Source: Oopsacas minuta
Lineage: Eukaryota > Animalia > Porifera
Length of the DNA stretch: 64,000 bases
NCBI GenBank assembly: GCA_024704765.1
Contig: JAKMXF010000358.1
Span: 1 to 64,000 of the forward strand
Reading direction: 5' to 3'
Shown in pieces: positions 23,656 to 36,377 of this stretch. Position 1 is the first letter of the stretch. Every line of letters starts with the position of its first letter. The notes under the pieces were generated by a model. It made no database searches. It was given only the letters and a program-made list of their open reading frames with translations, and was not told the origin of the DNA. A program made the position numbers and the translations under genes.

Positions 23656-24047
23656 ATGTCTAAACCTTGGTTTTCTGGTATACCAGAATCTGCTATAAAG
23701 CGTGCAGATGAGTTCATTGAAGTAGAGAAATACGACGATGCTAGAGAATTTCTATTCGATGTTCTCAGGAATAAACGTCACAAAGATAAAGTGAATGAAC
23801 AGAGTCTAGTAATAATCAAATTCTGTCAGCTTTATGTTGATCACTGGAAGACTACCTCTGCTAAAGATGGTCTCTATCAATTCCGGATTATCTGTTCTCA
23901 GAATTTGAATTTATTCCATTCTTTAGTGGAGATATTTCTGAATTATTCAAATGAGAAACTAGCTCTGATGCATAGCTCAGCACAGACTAGATCTGCTCAG
24001 GAAAATCTGTAATGTTAGATCTGGTTGAGATTGTACCGTTTATGATG
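23656..24047 (+). pseudogene. EIF3A: eIF3a N-terminal fragment
   Basis: PESAIKRADEFIEV...AKDGLYQFRIIC matches the eIF3a N-terminus; frameshift near 24003 (shifted frame reads KSVMLDLVEI) followed by a GTGAGT donor; no downstream eIF3a exons before NEK4. Confidence 0.8.
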
Positions 24048-24819
24048 GTGAGTTAATATCTATTTGTTACTAACAAGCTTCATTTACTTGGGGTGGCGAG
24101 GCTATGGTGACTACGGGGACTACGTCCCCGAAATTGAAATTATCGCCCCTTCGCAATGATTCCGGACTATCAGTAATGAGTTGTTATTGTTTAGTTGCCA
24201 TCCGCAATTCGTGCCTCGGGTGGTGGTGATACGCGCGGTTTACAATATATTTCAGGACTTAAGATACCGTATTACCTCGAATATTCGTCCCCCTGAAGCT
24301 CATCCTGGGATTATACACCACCACCTATATTTATCCACGAGACCGGAAACATACAGACAACCATCATTCTACAACAGTTACCTGAATTTGGACTAACATT
24401 TCAAACAGCACAAGAAGAAAACTTAATCCCTTCCTAACATCATCCAGAGGAATATTACACCTGGAAAACAACAGCCCCACCACTAACCAACTACCAGATC
24501 TCTAAACACGAGTGAAGAACATATAACCGCTACAACAAACTCCTACAACAACTCAAGAACAACTTACATAAGGCGTAAGTAGACATAACTTTAAGACGGT
24601 CAACTAAAGGCTAAAACAACAACAAGATACAGCTGAAAAGACTATAAATAGTCGAAAGTTTTTATATTTTGCACTTCTGTTTTCATCATTTCTGAACTAT
24701 TAAAAGTAATTTATTACCTTGCTAAAAATACTTCCCCTGAGTTTAGGGTTACCGAATGTTAACGGTATTTCCTTAGAAACTGTGTATATATTATACTTTT
24801 ATAATTTTAGCCTGATCCA

Positions 24820-26839
24820 ATGGATGAATACACTTCATTACGTTTGATCGGTAAAGGAAGTTATGGTGAAGTGTATCTGGTAAAGAGTCAAATAGACTCT
24901 AAACATTACGTTTTAAAGAGAATAAAACTAAACTCACTATCTGAGAAGGAGAAACGAACAGCTGCTCAGGAAGCTCGCCTGCTCTCTGAGCTCATTCACC
25001 CTAACATAGTATCTTATAAAGATTCATTCCATTTGAACGGTCTATTGCATATTCTTATGAGTTACTGTGAAGGTGGAGACTTAAACAAATTCCTGAAGGC
25101 TAGAAACTCTATTCACCTGTCAGAATCTCAGATAATCCATTGGTTCGTCCAGATTTCGTTAGCTCTACAGTATTTACATAAACAGAATATATTGCATCGC
25201 GATTTAAAAACTCAGAATATATTTCTCTCTCGGAATATTGTTAAAGTGGGTGACCTGGGTATTGCTCGTGTGCTAGAAAGCTCTGGCGCAATGGCTCGTA
25301 CTTTCATTGGTACTCCCTATTACATGAGTCCTGAGATTTTCCAGAATATGCCATACAATCATAAATCGGATATCTGGGCTCTTGGCTGTTGCGTAGTTGA
25401 AATGTCAACATTGAAAACTGCCTTTTCAGCCAAAGACTTAAATTCTCTTGCCTTTAAGATAATCGTAGGGAAACAGCCTTCTATCCCTGATAACTATTCT
25501 ATACAGTTAAAACAGTTAATAAAATGTTTGTTATCAAGAGATCCTGAACAGAGACCTAGCATTAACAGCTGTTGAAATTAAGCTATATTAGATCTCACAT
25601 AAAAGTATTCCTACAGGAAAGACAGAAGAGAGGTAGATTACCAAACCTCAATTCTATAAATAGAATTATCAAATCTGGAAAATCTTTTCATATAACATCG
25701 TCAAATGAGAATAATGATTCCTGTATTCCCTTCATTTTACCCAATCTATCTTCTGATGATTTTGATAATAATTCTAACAGTTCTCTCACTGCCATCAGTT
25801 CTTTACAGGACACAGACGAACCGATTAATAACACTATAACCCCTGTATCTACGTACTCAACACCTAGATCACATATTAGATCTCAAAATAATGAGATAAC
25901 AGTCAAATCTGATGAATTGTGTTCCACTGGAATACCAGATGTTCCTAAATTTGATCCACAACCCGAGCACTTAGATCAGAATGATTCAAATTATGAAAAC
26001 ATTATTTCTAACAGAGATGATAATCCTAACAACAGCTCTGAATATTTGGAATGTAATTCTGATAGTATTAATGGAAATGTTATAGATCAGAATTCCGATG
26101 ATAAAGTAGTGAATTACCTATTTCATTTCATCCCCAATTATCTGATTTACCTAACAACAACATTGTGAATACGAATATTTCAGACAGAACATCAGAGGTT
26201 GTTGAATCAGAAGCCAGACAGAGGAGAAGAGAGCAAAAAAGACAGCAGAACTATTCCAGTACTCTAATGAATCGGTATATCAGGAAGTCATCTCGTAATC
26301 TCACACAAGAGGAGTCTGTTGTAGCTGAATCTAATCAAACTGTAGATTCTAACCATTCAGAGAGTAACAAGAAAAACATAGATAATATTTCTTGTATGAA
26401 GCTATGTAACGAACTACAGGCTTCTATAGACAGTGATGAAGAGAAGATGTTAACATTATTCAACTCTACCTTAGACCATACAGGTACAGGAGATCCTATT
26501 AATTCTGTTAATGAGGCTAATATAGAAGATTCCAATTCTAGAGAAGATAAATGTTTAAACGAATCATTCAAATCTCAGTCAATAGAAGGGGAGCAAGAAC
26601 TATCTGCTATAGACATTAAATCTAATATAGCTCTACTGGAAGCTGAGTGTATTCAAGGATTGGGAGTGAGTCTGTTTGCTAGATCTAGACTTATGTTAGA
26701 CAAATATTCTGATAGTTCAGAGGATTTAGAGTCTAATTTGAAACTTATTTTGGGACAGGGAAAGTTTGAATTCTATTTTACATTACTGCTGAAGTTAAAA
26801 TTATATACGCAACAGTATTCTGTTAATATTTCCGTTTAA
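24820..26839 (+). CDS. NEK4: NEK4-like NIMA kinase, intronless, broken by two 1-nt deletions
   Basis: GKGSYGEV, HRDLKTQNIFL, GDLGIARVL and WALGCCV are NEK4-typical; NEK4-like C-terminal domain (IQGLGVSLF...); frame changes within 25566-25572 and 26104-26165. Confidence 0.88.
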
Positions 26840-27409
26840 CAGTTTGTGATTTGAACTATGAAATATTTTCTTTTATTGATTGAGTGATTCATTAAGATAG
26901 ACGGGTTACTATTGAAACTCTACACGTAGGCCGATAAAATAGAGAATTTATAGGTAATATATATGAAATCCTGGATAATATCGGATTCTAATATGTCATT
27001 ATTATTAAATTGAGCCAGTTAATTCTTTTTTATAGAGCCTGGCTGTATACAAATTGAAACAAAACAAGAATTTGTTTTCTGCATCCGTTTATTAGGTGTA
27101 ACCCATGAGAAAACTGGATTTAAAGTTTTGAGGCCAAATTAAGGTACAGGCTAATTAGACTAATACCTAGGACACCAATTTTGTATACATAAGGATCGAT
27201 TATATTTATCAGTGAGATCACATCACAATGATCTATCTTCTAAGAATTATTACAAAATAGAATAACTCTTACTTTCGTGAAAATATTCTCATAAAATCTA
27301 CTTTCAAAAACAAATACTACAATTAAGCTTCTATTACACATTAAACCTTAGCAGCTCTCTCGCTTCTCTTCTATAAGTAATGCGATATATCTACTCAATC
27401 ATTCTCCCT

Positions 27410-27880
27410 TGAATATATAACAAATTCATTAGGATAAAGGCAAAAATAGAAGTCCCTCTCTTCATGAAGCATACAAAGACTTAGAATACCAGATATTCGA
27501 CCCTTTGATAATATGTCTCAACAAAAGACTTGTACATCTAATCACTCACTGAGTACAGACAGAGACAGGAGGACACACGGGTTACAGACTTACGGAAACA
27601 AGTCGTGTTCATACTCTAAAACAGTTGTCCGACACAAAGTTCATCTCCAAGCAGAGATGAAGGATAGCAAACTACACACCATAAGAGAGAATATGATAAA
27701 GATGATCAATGAAGAGCTGAGACAATTATAGATTGAGGTTAAAGAAACAGGAATACTGTTTGAGTGTAACACTCAACAGCTGGAGGAAGCTATCTCTGTG
27801 TCAGGACAATTGGTTAGGAGGGACATCCAATTCCAAACTACTGAACCTTCAATGTCAGTAGGGAAGAAAGGAATAGGAGG
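27410..27880 (+). pseudogene. Coiled-coil/linker fragment of an NHL-family gene
   Basis: SPSLHEAYKDLEYQI...KMINEELRQL*IEVKETGILFECNTQQLEEAISVSGQLVRRDI...SVGKKG resembles pre-NHL linkers; stops and frameshifts. Confidence 0.5.
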
Positions 27881-28737
27881 ATGTGTATATCAGTCATATA
27901 AAGCTAGGTTGCATATTCCAGTTCAAATTATCATTGCTCAAACTAATAAATATATAGTCTTATCAATAATATATGTATTACATTAACAAGGGTATGGGGA
28001 TTGGGAGGTCGGGTGTATACTCTATTGGCTGTACTGATTTGACTATAAATACTTAATTTCAAATTTGTTGATACATAATTAAGTAAATATTGACAATTAT
28101 GTGACAGAGAAATTTCGAAAAATGCTTGTACACTATAAAATAAACATTGGGTAACGTATTTCCCTGAATAAGCGCCCAGGGCTAGAAAAATGCTCCAAAA
28201 CTTGTGAATAAAGTTTATCACCACCCTACCCTCTCTAGGATAACTTTTTGATGAAATTTACGTCTCATTTGACTATGCAACAAATTGAAATAATTATTAT
28301 AAAATTGTAAAAATTTATACGAAAAAAATAACAGCCCTGGCGCTGTTTCAAAGAAATACGGTATTTCGACGAATTTAACATCGATTGTAAGGATTAGTAA
28401 CACGTATTTCTACTATTATTGTGATAAATTCATTCAGGTTAGGTATTCTGTTCAGGCGCGGCACATCCATTTCGAAAGTGTTACGGCGGAATATTTTATT
28501 ATATCTAAAGTTGTGTGACGATACGAGACCAAATAATACAAAATGGACCGCGATGATTTATGCCTCATTGTTCTCGTGTTCTTCTACATAATCTGTCTTT
28601 CAATAAGTGGACAAAACACAAATAGCCTTTGCATCAAACATCAAATTTCAATTTTCTTAACTGGCATTGCGTGACGAAGCCAAAACATACTGAAGAACAG
28701 TTCGAAAAGTGGTACATGCCGCCCCTATGCTGTTTCT

Positions 28738-28772
<35 letters not shown>

Positions 28773-28903
28773 ATAGTCCAGGAAAATAGCTACGCCTCTG
28801 CCCTTGTGTCTTAGAATGTTTGTTAATTCTCTTTAGCAACTTTCTACTTTTATTTGTAAGCTATATTCTTAATTTATATTTCTTTACAATGTATTAGGCC
28901 TGT

Positions 28904-30178
28904 ATGTTTGTGAGATGCACTATGCAGAACAAAAGTGCGCGGGTATTGACTCGCTGTATTCACTGTTTGAACAAACTCTCAGATGAATTCGTCTACTTAC
29001 AAGTATACCATGATGGTATCATTATTAAGTGTGTCAGCATAGCTTGTTCAGTTACTGCGAATTTCGCATTTGGAGTTTCATTTTTTAATATTTTCACTAC
29101 GCCAGAACCTGAAACGGTTGGTGAAAAATCATTCGCGAATTATAAAATATCAATAAAAGGACTGTTTCATGTTTTTAAATTCCAAGGACTTGTAGACAAG
29201 ACAGTAGAGACTTGTATTATTGAATTTGAATCTAACGAATTTATAACTTTTATATTCGAATGCAAATACAGAATTGTGAAGCAGTTCAAGATTCCAATCG
29301 TTGATTTTGAAAATTTAATGACATATTGTAAAGTTGATACTTTATCAAACTCAATTTCTAGTAATTCTCAACTACTTTCTTCTGCTTTTAATATATTCCA
29401 TAAAAATGATGACGAAGTCACAATGCTATTGACTAGAGATACATTTATTTTTCGGAATTATGATGACGGAATTCTAAATCTAAATTCTTCTATTCATACT
29501 CAAACAACCCTCGATAAAACTGAATTCTTCACTTTTGATATTAAAAAAGAGACATCACTCAATTTCTGTTGTAGAGAACTTCGAAGTATTTTATTTCTCT
29601 CAGACCAGTTGGGACAAGATTTGGATATTTCATTTGGGATTCCAGGCGAACCAATTCTCATACAACTTAAATCGGATAAGAATTATGTAATCACTTTCAT
29701 TCTATCAACAGTAGCTAATAATCACGATAATGGAATAACGAGGACAAGTATATCCTCTCCTATCGCAGGAGAAGAACATGTTATTCCCGATATTAGCCCG
29801 TCAGGACTAGCACAAACTAACACTGATGACAAATCCTTGAGTCAAAAGCACATAGCTTTCAATTCACCATTATTTGATCTTGATCTTCCATTCAGAGATG
29901 AATTTTCGTTAAATTCTCATTCAAAAAAGAAACGCAACTCTTCACGTATCTCTACTCATAATAATTCACATCATCAGTCATTTAATAATGTAGATACTCC
30001 CACACACAGTAGAGCTAGCATGTTATACAATGATATAATCAAGCTTCCTGACATTACACAGAGATTTAGAGAGGATATACTAACTGATATGATCACGAAT
30101 GATGACTATTATGATAATTCTATTGAAGATGCTATTATTTTAGCCCCTGAATCAGATGAAGAACAATACGCTCTATAA
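28904..30178 (+). CDS. RAD9: RAD9 checkpoint clamp subunit (9-1-1), intronless, 424 aa
   Basis: PCNA-like Rad9 domain (VLTRCIHCLNKLSDEFVYL...FCCRELRSIL...FGIPGEPI) and acidic tail ending ILAPESDEE. Confidence 0.88.
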   Translation: MFVRCTMQNKSARVLTRCIHCLNKLSDEFVYLQVYHDGIIIKCVSIACSVTANFAFGVSFFNIFTTPEPETVGEKSFANYKISIKGLFHVFKFQGLVDKTVETCIIEFESNEFITFIFECKYRIVKQFKIPIVDFENLMTYCKVDTLSNSISSNSQLLSSAFNIFHKNDDEVTMLLTRDTFIFRNYDDGILNLNSSIHTQTTLDKTEFFTFDIKKETSLNFCCRELRSILFLSDQLGQDLDISFGIPGEPILIQLKSDKNYVITFILSTVANNHDNGITRTSISSPIAGEEHVIPDISPSGLAQTNTDDKSLSQKHIAFNSPLFDLDLPFRDEFSLNSHSKKKRNSSRISTHNNSHHQSFNNVDTPTHSRASMLYNDIIKLPDITQRFREDILTDMITNDDYYDNSIEDAIILAPESDEEQYAL

Positions 30179-32095
30179 TACATTTTAATTCATAGCTAGC
30201 ACAAAGCATTGAATACAGATAATAGAATTATTAAATCAATTTGTCTCTCTTATAAATGTTATTAATATGTTAACACATGTTGTTAGTTTGTTAGATAATT
30301 TTGTATGAATTCGTATAATAGTTATATGTCAATCAGCTGCTCGTTATCAATATGTCTAAATTTTAAGTGATCTATCTTAACTTATTTTCTGAGAACTTTC
30401 TACTCCAAATCTCCAATCGATTCTATATCTGCTCTAATATGTAAATTGTATATTCTAATTTAGTATCTGATTTGTGTCTGCCTGTTCATAAATTCCTTCT
30501 GCATACTAGCTAATTATAAGGTTATGCCTTGTACGGCTGTAATTAAGACGATCCACTAAATCACGCGTTTTCCTTTCACCCTTGACCCTTGTAGCTTTTA
30601 TGACGTAATATATCGTTTGCTAAGGTTTAGTAATAATCTTCCTCAATTTGGCCCAATTCAAATACTCTTAGTGTTTATTCAAGATTTGACAATAATTATT
30701 CTTGCCAAAAAGTCTATTTACGTAAACTTACGATAATGTAAAATAAACAATGCAAATATGCCAGTGTAGTTTAATTTATGTCCTATAATCTATTATAGTA
30801 CTATCTAAGGCTTTATGGTATTATTGCTCGATTTGTCGTTTAGATCAATCATCATCAATTATCTTTGATGTAGGCTTATTGTTGATATATTGTATATATG
30901 TTATGTCGGTTTGTAAAATCAACGTTTTTATTTGTTGATTTTTGGGAAATAGTAAAACTTAAAACCTGTCTACAGGGTCCTGTCATAACTAATCAACAAA
31001 CAAACAGATCCCCATACATCTATAATATTCAATTCATTCAACCAATTCTTTCTATTTCTAGGCTCGCATTGTCGAATTCACCCAACAAACACCCATAGGC
31101 AAGCGATTGTTGTGCAGGACTGCAGGTGTCTCACGTCGCAAGGCGGATTCAGGATTTTGAAATGGTGTGTCTAGGTGTCCAAATTCCCTATAACCAACTT
31201 TGTTCATATGAATATAAAGGAGGGGGTTGCAACCTCACAACCCCTCCTAGGTCCGCTCTTGATTCGTGACTTATCATTCATCTTGTTGTTTTGATTTATG
31301 AATTTCCAAAAGAAAGAATAATGCGAATAACTGGAAAATTGTTAAAATTTCAATCATGATCCATGGTGTGTTAGTAAACAAATAAACTAATTACGAAATG
31401 TTTACAATGTACAAATAAATCTATTTGCAGATCATTCCATTCGAAGCAGAACTTTCATGTTTTGATACCCCATTTAAGTAGACTATACCAGTATGGTATG
31501 CGTATGTATTATTTCGAAATTGATAGGCGTTTAGGGACTCGGCATCTACCGTACAAACAATTTCCAATTGCTAGAGCACAGAATATGGGCCTTCCCTATT
31601 CCACGGAACGGACAATTTTTTCTGAGGAAAATTCAATTTGTCGAAAATCATAGCCTATTGTAAAATAACGCTTGTCAAGCGTTTGTTATGGCTTTTCACG
31701 TCGATGGCATTCAATATGTCAAATAATCCTCCTTATGTCTAGAGACCTTATCTCTCTAATGTTTGATCTCCTTTCTTGGCTAGAGGGAGGTAGTTATCCA
31801 GCCGAAAATTTGGTCCTGAGATTTCCAGATGGCGCCCCTGGCTATCCCTCCTTTGCTTGAAATAGGGTACCTCAGAACTGTGAGTATTTATAATTTCTTA
31901 AGTCATTGAGGGAATTGTCCCCGATGGCAAATCTGACTTCTCTGTGTCCCCAGCGTTACCTCTAAGTTCAATTTCTTATCTACTGTTATGATAATCTTTT
32001 GAAAGGAATTTTACACAAACTTTCTACCTCATTTAGCCTATTAGCAAGGTTTTCAAGACTCAAGGACTAATACTTTATATTAGCCCCTCCCCCTC

Positions 32096-33283
32096 ATGCA
32101 ACACTTTGCTATAAAGCGTGATAAACCTATCAGCATGGAGAATTTGTCAAACCTTACAGCTAACTTTACCATATTCATATTTTCTTCCTACGCTAGAGGT
32201 ATCAGTGGAATAGCAGTTTGGATTAGCGTTATAATCACTTCTGTTCAGATATTTCAGCATTTATACTATTACACGGTTGCCGAGCAACAGTTATGGATCA
32301 TAAGAATTTTATTTATAGTTCCAATTTACGCTTTCTGCTCATGGCTATCTCTCCTATTCCACGACAAAACTGTCTATTTCGATGCTATTCGTTCTTGTTA
32401 CGAAGCTTTCGTAATTTATAACTTCCTAAGACTGTGTATTGAGTATTTAGGCGGGGAACATTCTATTATTGCTCAGCTGCGAGAAATGCCAATGAAGCGA
32501 AGGTATTGGGATGGTACGTGTTGTTTTCCGAAACGTAATTATTCAGTTGGATTCCTGCGTTTATGTAAACAGTTCACACTCCAGTTCTGTGTTGTCAAAC
32601 CTGTCATGGCTGTCATAACTATAATCCTAGAGTTAACAGGAACATATAATGAGGGTACATGGTCCTTTGTTAGTGGCTATACATACATAACAATTATCTA
32701 CAATATATCTGTATCGATAGCTTTATACGGACTAGTTATGTTCTATTCAGCTACACGTCATCTGCTACGTAGATACAAACCTGTTCTCAAATTCTTAGCT
32801 ATTAAAAGTGTTGTGTTTCTATCTTTCTGGCAAGGTGTTGCTCTATCAGTCCTGACACTTATCCGTATCATAGACTCTGCTGAAGTCGCTGATGCTTATC
32901 AAAATTTTATTATCACTCTAGAAATGTTCTTAGCTTCCATATTATTACATTTTGCATTTCCAGTTTCACCATATAAAAACAAGAATAGAATTAATCTACC
33001 TAGTGTTTCTATCAACAGACAAGTGCGAAATATAACAATAAATTTCCGCGACACTCTGAACCCACAGGACATGATAAATGACGCAATTCACAACTTCTCA
33101 AGAACCTATCAGAAGTATGCTTACTACGACAGTAAGAAGGACGAATGTGAGATACGTGATCTAATCCCAGAACCACCTGTAGTCAATTACCATCGTAACC
33201 AAGTAGAACGGACAGATTCACAGGAATCTTTAGAGCTAGAGATGGTTGAGATAAATGATAACGAGCGATTACTCAATAATTGA
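32096..33283 (+). CDS. TMEM184: TMEM184/OST-alpha family transporter, intronless, 395 aa
   Basis: QLWIIRILFIVPIYAFCSWLSL, YFDAIRSCYEAFVIYNFL and KFLAIKSVVFLSFWQG motifs. Confidence 0.93.
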   Translation: MQHFAIKRDKPISMENLSNLTANFTIFIFSSYARGISGIAVWISVIITSVQIFQHLYYYTVAEQQLWIIRILFIVPIYAFCSWLSLLFHDKTVYFDAIRSCYEAFVIYNFLRLCIEYLGGEHSIIAQLREMPMKRRYWDGTCCFPKRNYSVGFLRLCKQFTLQFCVVKPVMAVITIILELTGTYNEGTWSFVSGYTYITIIYNISVSIALYGLVMFYSATRHLLRRYKPVLKFLAIKSVVFLSFWQGVALSVLTLIRIIDSAEVADAYQNFIITLEMFLASILLHFAFPVSPYKNKNRINLPSVSINRQVRNITINFRDTLNPQDMINDAIHNFSRTYQKYAYYDSKKDECEIRDLIPEPPVVNYHRNQVERTDSQESLELEMVEINDNERLLNN

Positions 33284-34213
33284 ATGCAGAACACTTGTGT
33301 GTGTATATATATATACTATCTCAATTGACAGATATCTTGAGTAATAGCTAATTTAATCTAAGAATTAATAGTAATTAACTCCCGCAATTTATGTTTTTTA
33401 TAGCCTGTTGTGGTGTTTGTTAATCTGTAATTCCAATTGATTCTATTACATGACACATTCCCTATGTGTATATTATATATTGGTTACTTTTATATGCTAT
33501 AAATCCTTTCTTTGTTATTATACTTATCACATTATACTACTGCACACTATGTATGCTATTATTGAGTACTGTCTGTTGTCAACAGGAAATGAACCAGTGT
33601 TCATCTTAATTGAGACCAGGAGCGTTTTAGGCTCCCTCCCCGAAATGCTAGTTTTTTGCTGACTAGGTGATATGGTATCAATCCTTATCATTACTAGAGA
33701 TTTCGGGATTCCAGGAGTCCAATACGCTAGTTATTTAGGACCAAATGCTCTATATGCGATTATATTAATTGATAGGTACAGCTAAATTCTTGAATTTATG
33801 TCGATTGTAGAACATTATCAGAATTATAAATTCTTGGAATATTCAGAAATTGTTTATTGCACATGTTCTAGCTCAGTTTACTTAAGGTATTGTAATTTGT
33901 CCAAATTCTACAGAAGCTGTGCTAACCATTGCATCGCCGAGTTCCTAAGTCGAAGCGAATTAACAGGAACGAAAGCCTTTTCGGTTAGAAAGTTTTAGAT
34001 GATTTATGACACTTCATTTTTGCTTCATAACAAATTCAATTAGTAAATATTCTATCTCCGAGAATTGCATTCTATAATTATCAATATTCCTTATTATATA
34101 ACATTACATTACTCATACTAAACTTATTTAGTGTATGTCATTGAATGTGTTTATAATTTGTAACTTTCGCGATTTGTTGTTAATTCCAGATTTAAATATT
34201 TCGTAATCTCTGT

Positions 34214-34810
34214 CTATCCTTCTTTCCTATGTCTCACAATATGTCTTTTTGATGGTAAGTGAGAATCAAAGTAGTTAATCCCGAGATTATCTGATAGCAA
34301 CAGAGCATTATGCTTTAGAGTATCTCTACTCTTCATTTTATAAGAAATTGATATCTGTAATTCTAACAAATGTGCCTCCAGTATAATCTGATACATTGTT
34401 AATGCACTGCTTCCGATCTCAATCATTTTCAGTGCAATATTGTGTAGTCCTCCTTCATACATCAGTGTACTCCCTCTGTGAACAGAGTACGTCTCTGTGT
34501 TGTGATTTATAACCACACGCACCATAGGCCAGTGTTCAATCGTTAGGTAAATAGAACTGATTAGAACGAAAGCGAAAACTGTGAGATATTCATATTGCCC
34601 GAGATTGCCACATATTATAACACTGGCTATACATAGTATTGTGGTTACTAGAAAGTAATAAGCTGAGTTCTGCCTGAGTTCCAATTCGTACATCTGATCT
34701 TCTCTATGGACTTTATGGAAAGGATAGACAGGGTTTCTCTGTAAGCGTTCTTCTAGCGTTATTCGTCTCAGATGTTCTTTGAAAAGAGCTAATATACTGG
34801 TTCTTCCCAT
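34214..34810 (-). CDS. TMEM249: Probable TMEM249 (CatSper auxiliary subunit-like) protein, 198 aa
   Basis: Two TM helices; RLQRNPVYPF and LGINYFD...SKRHIVRH motifs recalled from this family; not verified by search. Confidence 0.55.
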   Translation of the reverse strand: MGRTSILALFKEHLRRITLEERLQRNPVYPFHKVHREDQMYELELRQNSAYYFLVTTILCIASVIICGNLGQYEYLTVFAFVLISSIYLTIEHWPMVRVVINHNTETYSVHRGSTLMYEGGLHNIALKMIEIGSSALTMYQIILEAHLLELQISISYKMKSRDTLKHNALLLSDNLGINYFDSHLPSKRHIVRHRKEG

Positions 34811-35870
34811 TTGTGTTTACTTGTTTCACTTGTTTATATTTCCTATAATTTATACTACGCATAACATGACTGGTAAATTGATTGGCTGAATTTGTATTTT
34901 TAGTGACTGTCATACCGTAGTTGTATTTATTTATTTAAATTGAACGAATTATATTATACTTTTCAATGTAAAATTCTGAATTTAGGTTAGGTCGATGAAA
35001 TATATCAAATTATCTGAAATGACATCCAAACTTAGGTGTCAAGGCAGATAATTGGATATGTTAGGCCATGTATAAATTAATTGCTTATTTCTCATCCGGA
35101 ATTTCTTTGGAAACTGGCACGTCGGGCGGTATTTTATATATATTTTTTATAGGCCAGTTAATATTTAAATAATTTGAATCTTAGATTATCTCGCCACATT
35201 CTCTCTGGGCATTAAAAATATTGAATCAACTATACAACAAGTAAAATGTGGATTGCACGCTCTGTGACCAAAGAATTATCCATAATTTGGAAAAAATACT
35301 AATAAAATTTTCCCTACGGGGGACAAAATTTGGGGTGGGGATGAGAAATAAGTATATTAATTACATGGCCTTACGTCAGATGTTAAAATTTGCAACATTT
35401 AATAATTATTCCTATATTTTACTCTATAGAGTATAATTCAAGAGATCATTCCGCGAATACTACACTCCTATAGTCTAAACATTATTTAGAAATTTTCATA
35501 GTCAATTTGTAGTCAATTCAAACTTAGCTTGATTTACTAATCCATGCAAGTCTGAAGAACTTATAGACAAATATGCCGCAAGAGTTTCGCCGATTTAAAT
35601 TATTCGCTGTACGTACCCAGATTTGATGAAGATACAATGACATCGGGTAACTCGAAAACTCAGGGGAAATAAAAATCTGTTCGAAGTAGCGTATATTCGA
35701 GTTAACTGATGTTGACTGTATTAAAATTAGATAAGCTTAGTTCATGGACATTTGAATGATGTTATAAAAAGTTCATATTTAATAGTGCCCATATAAATTG
35801 ATAAATTCTTTTATAAATTTATACAAACTCTATGTAAAGGTAAAATGTATCAGTTCCAGGAATTATTCCA

Positions 35871-36377
35871 TCAGTTTTGAAGTTGTATATCAATGTGCTT
35901 TTGTAATTTATTCTTTGCCGAGTTTGTTGTATTTTTAGATAAAATATAATCCTTGTTAAAAAATTGTAGAATATTAGGGCTGGGCCAGAGCCTTCTGTTG
36001 CTGCTTGAATTGCTTTCAATCTTAAAGTAAGACACAATATTTCCTAATTCTTTCAATCGATAATTGACTTGTCGTGGGTCAATCCAGATTGTCAATTCTC
36101 TAGGCAAATATTTGAGAATGTTTTCACCATTCGTGTGCCTTGCTACTTTCAATAAAATTGGATCTGTCTGAATATAGTCAATCTGTAAAGATCTATATCC
36201 GTTTCCTCTCTCTGGTTCATTGGGGTACCAGTGTCCTTCGAATTTCTTTAAAAGTAGGGATTGCAAATTGTATAGAAAATTTAGAAATTGTTGCGTATCT
36301 GCTTCATGTAGAAATTTGGGTGAAATTAAAAATATTTTTTGTAGCAGTTTCATTGCTTCTCTAATTTCAATCTTCAT
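35871..36377 (-). CDS. BTG: BTG/Tob antiproliferative protein, 168 aa
   Basis: Box A HWYPNEPERGNGYRSL and box B LPRELTIWIDP. Confidence 0.92.
   Translation of the reverse strand: MKIEIREAMKLLQKIFLISPKFLHEADTQQFLNFLYNLQSLLLKKFEGHWYPNEPERGNGYRSLQIDYIQTDPILLKVARHTNGENILKYLPRELTIWIDPRQVNYRLKELGNIVSYFKIESNSSSNRRLWPSPNILQFFNKDYILSKNTTNSAKNKLQKHIDIQLQN

Noticed and set aside
24230-24600. C/A-rich stretch resembling a LINE or Penelope fragment
   Set aside because: No RT, endonuclease or gag motif readable in any frame
33583-33775. Exon-like open stretch with AG/GT ends between TMEM184 and TMEM249
   Set aside because: Contains an in-frame stop and matches no protein I recognise
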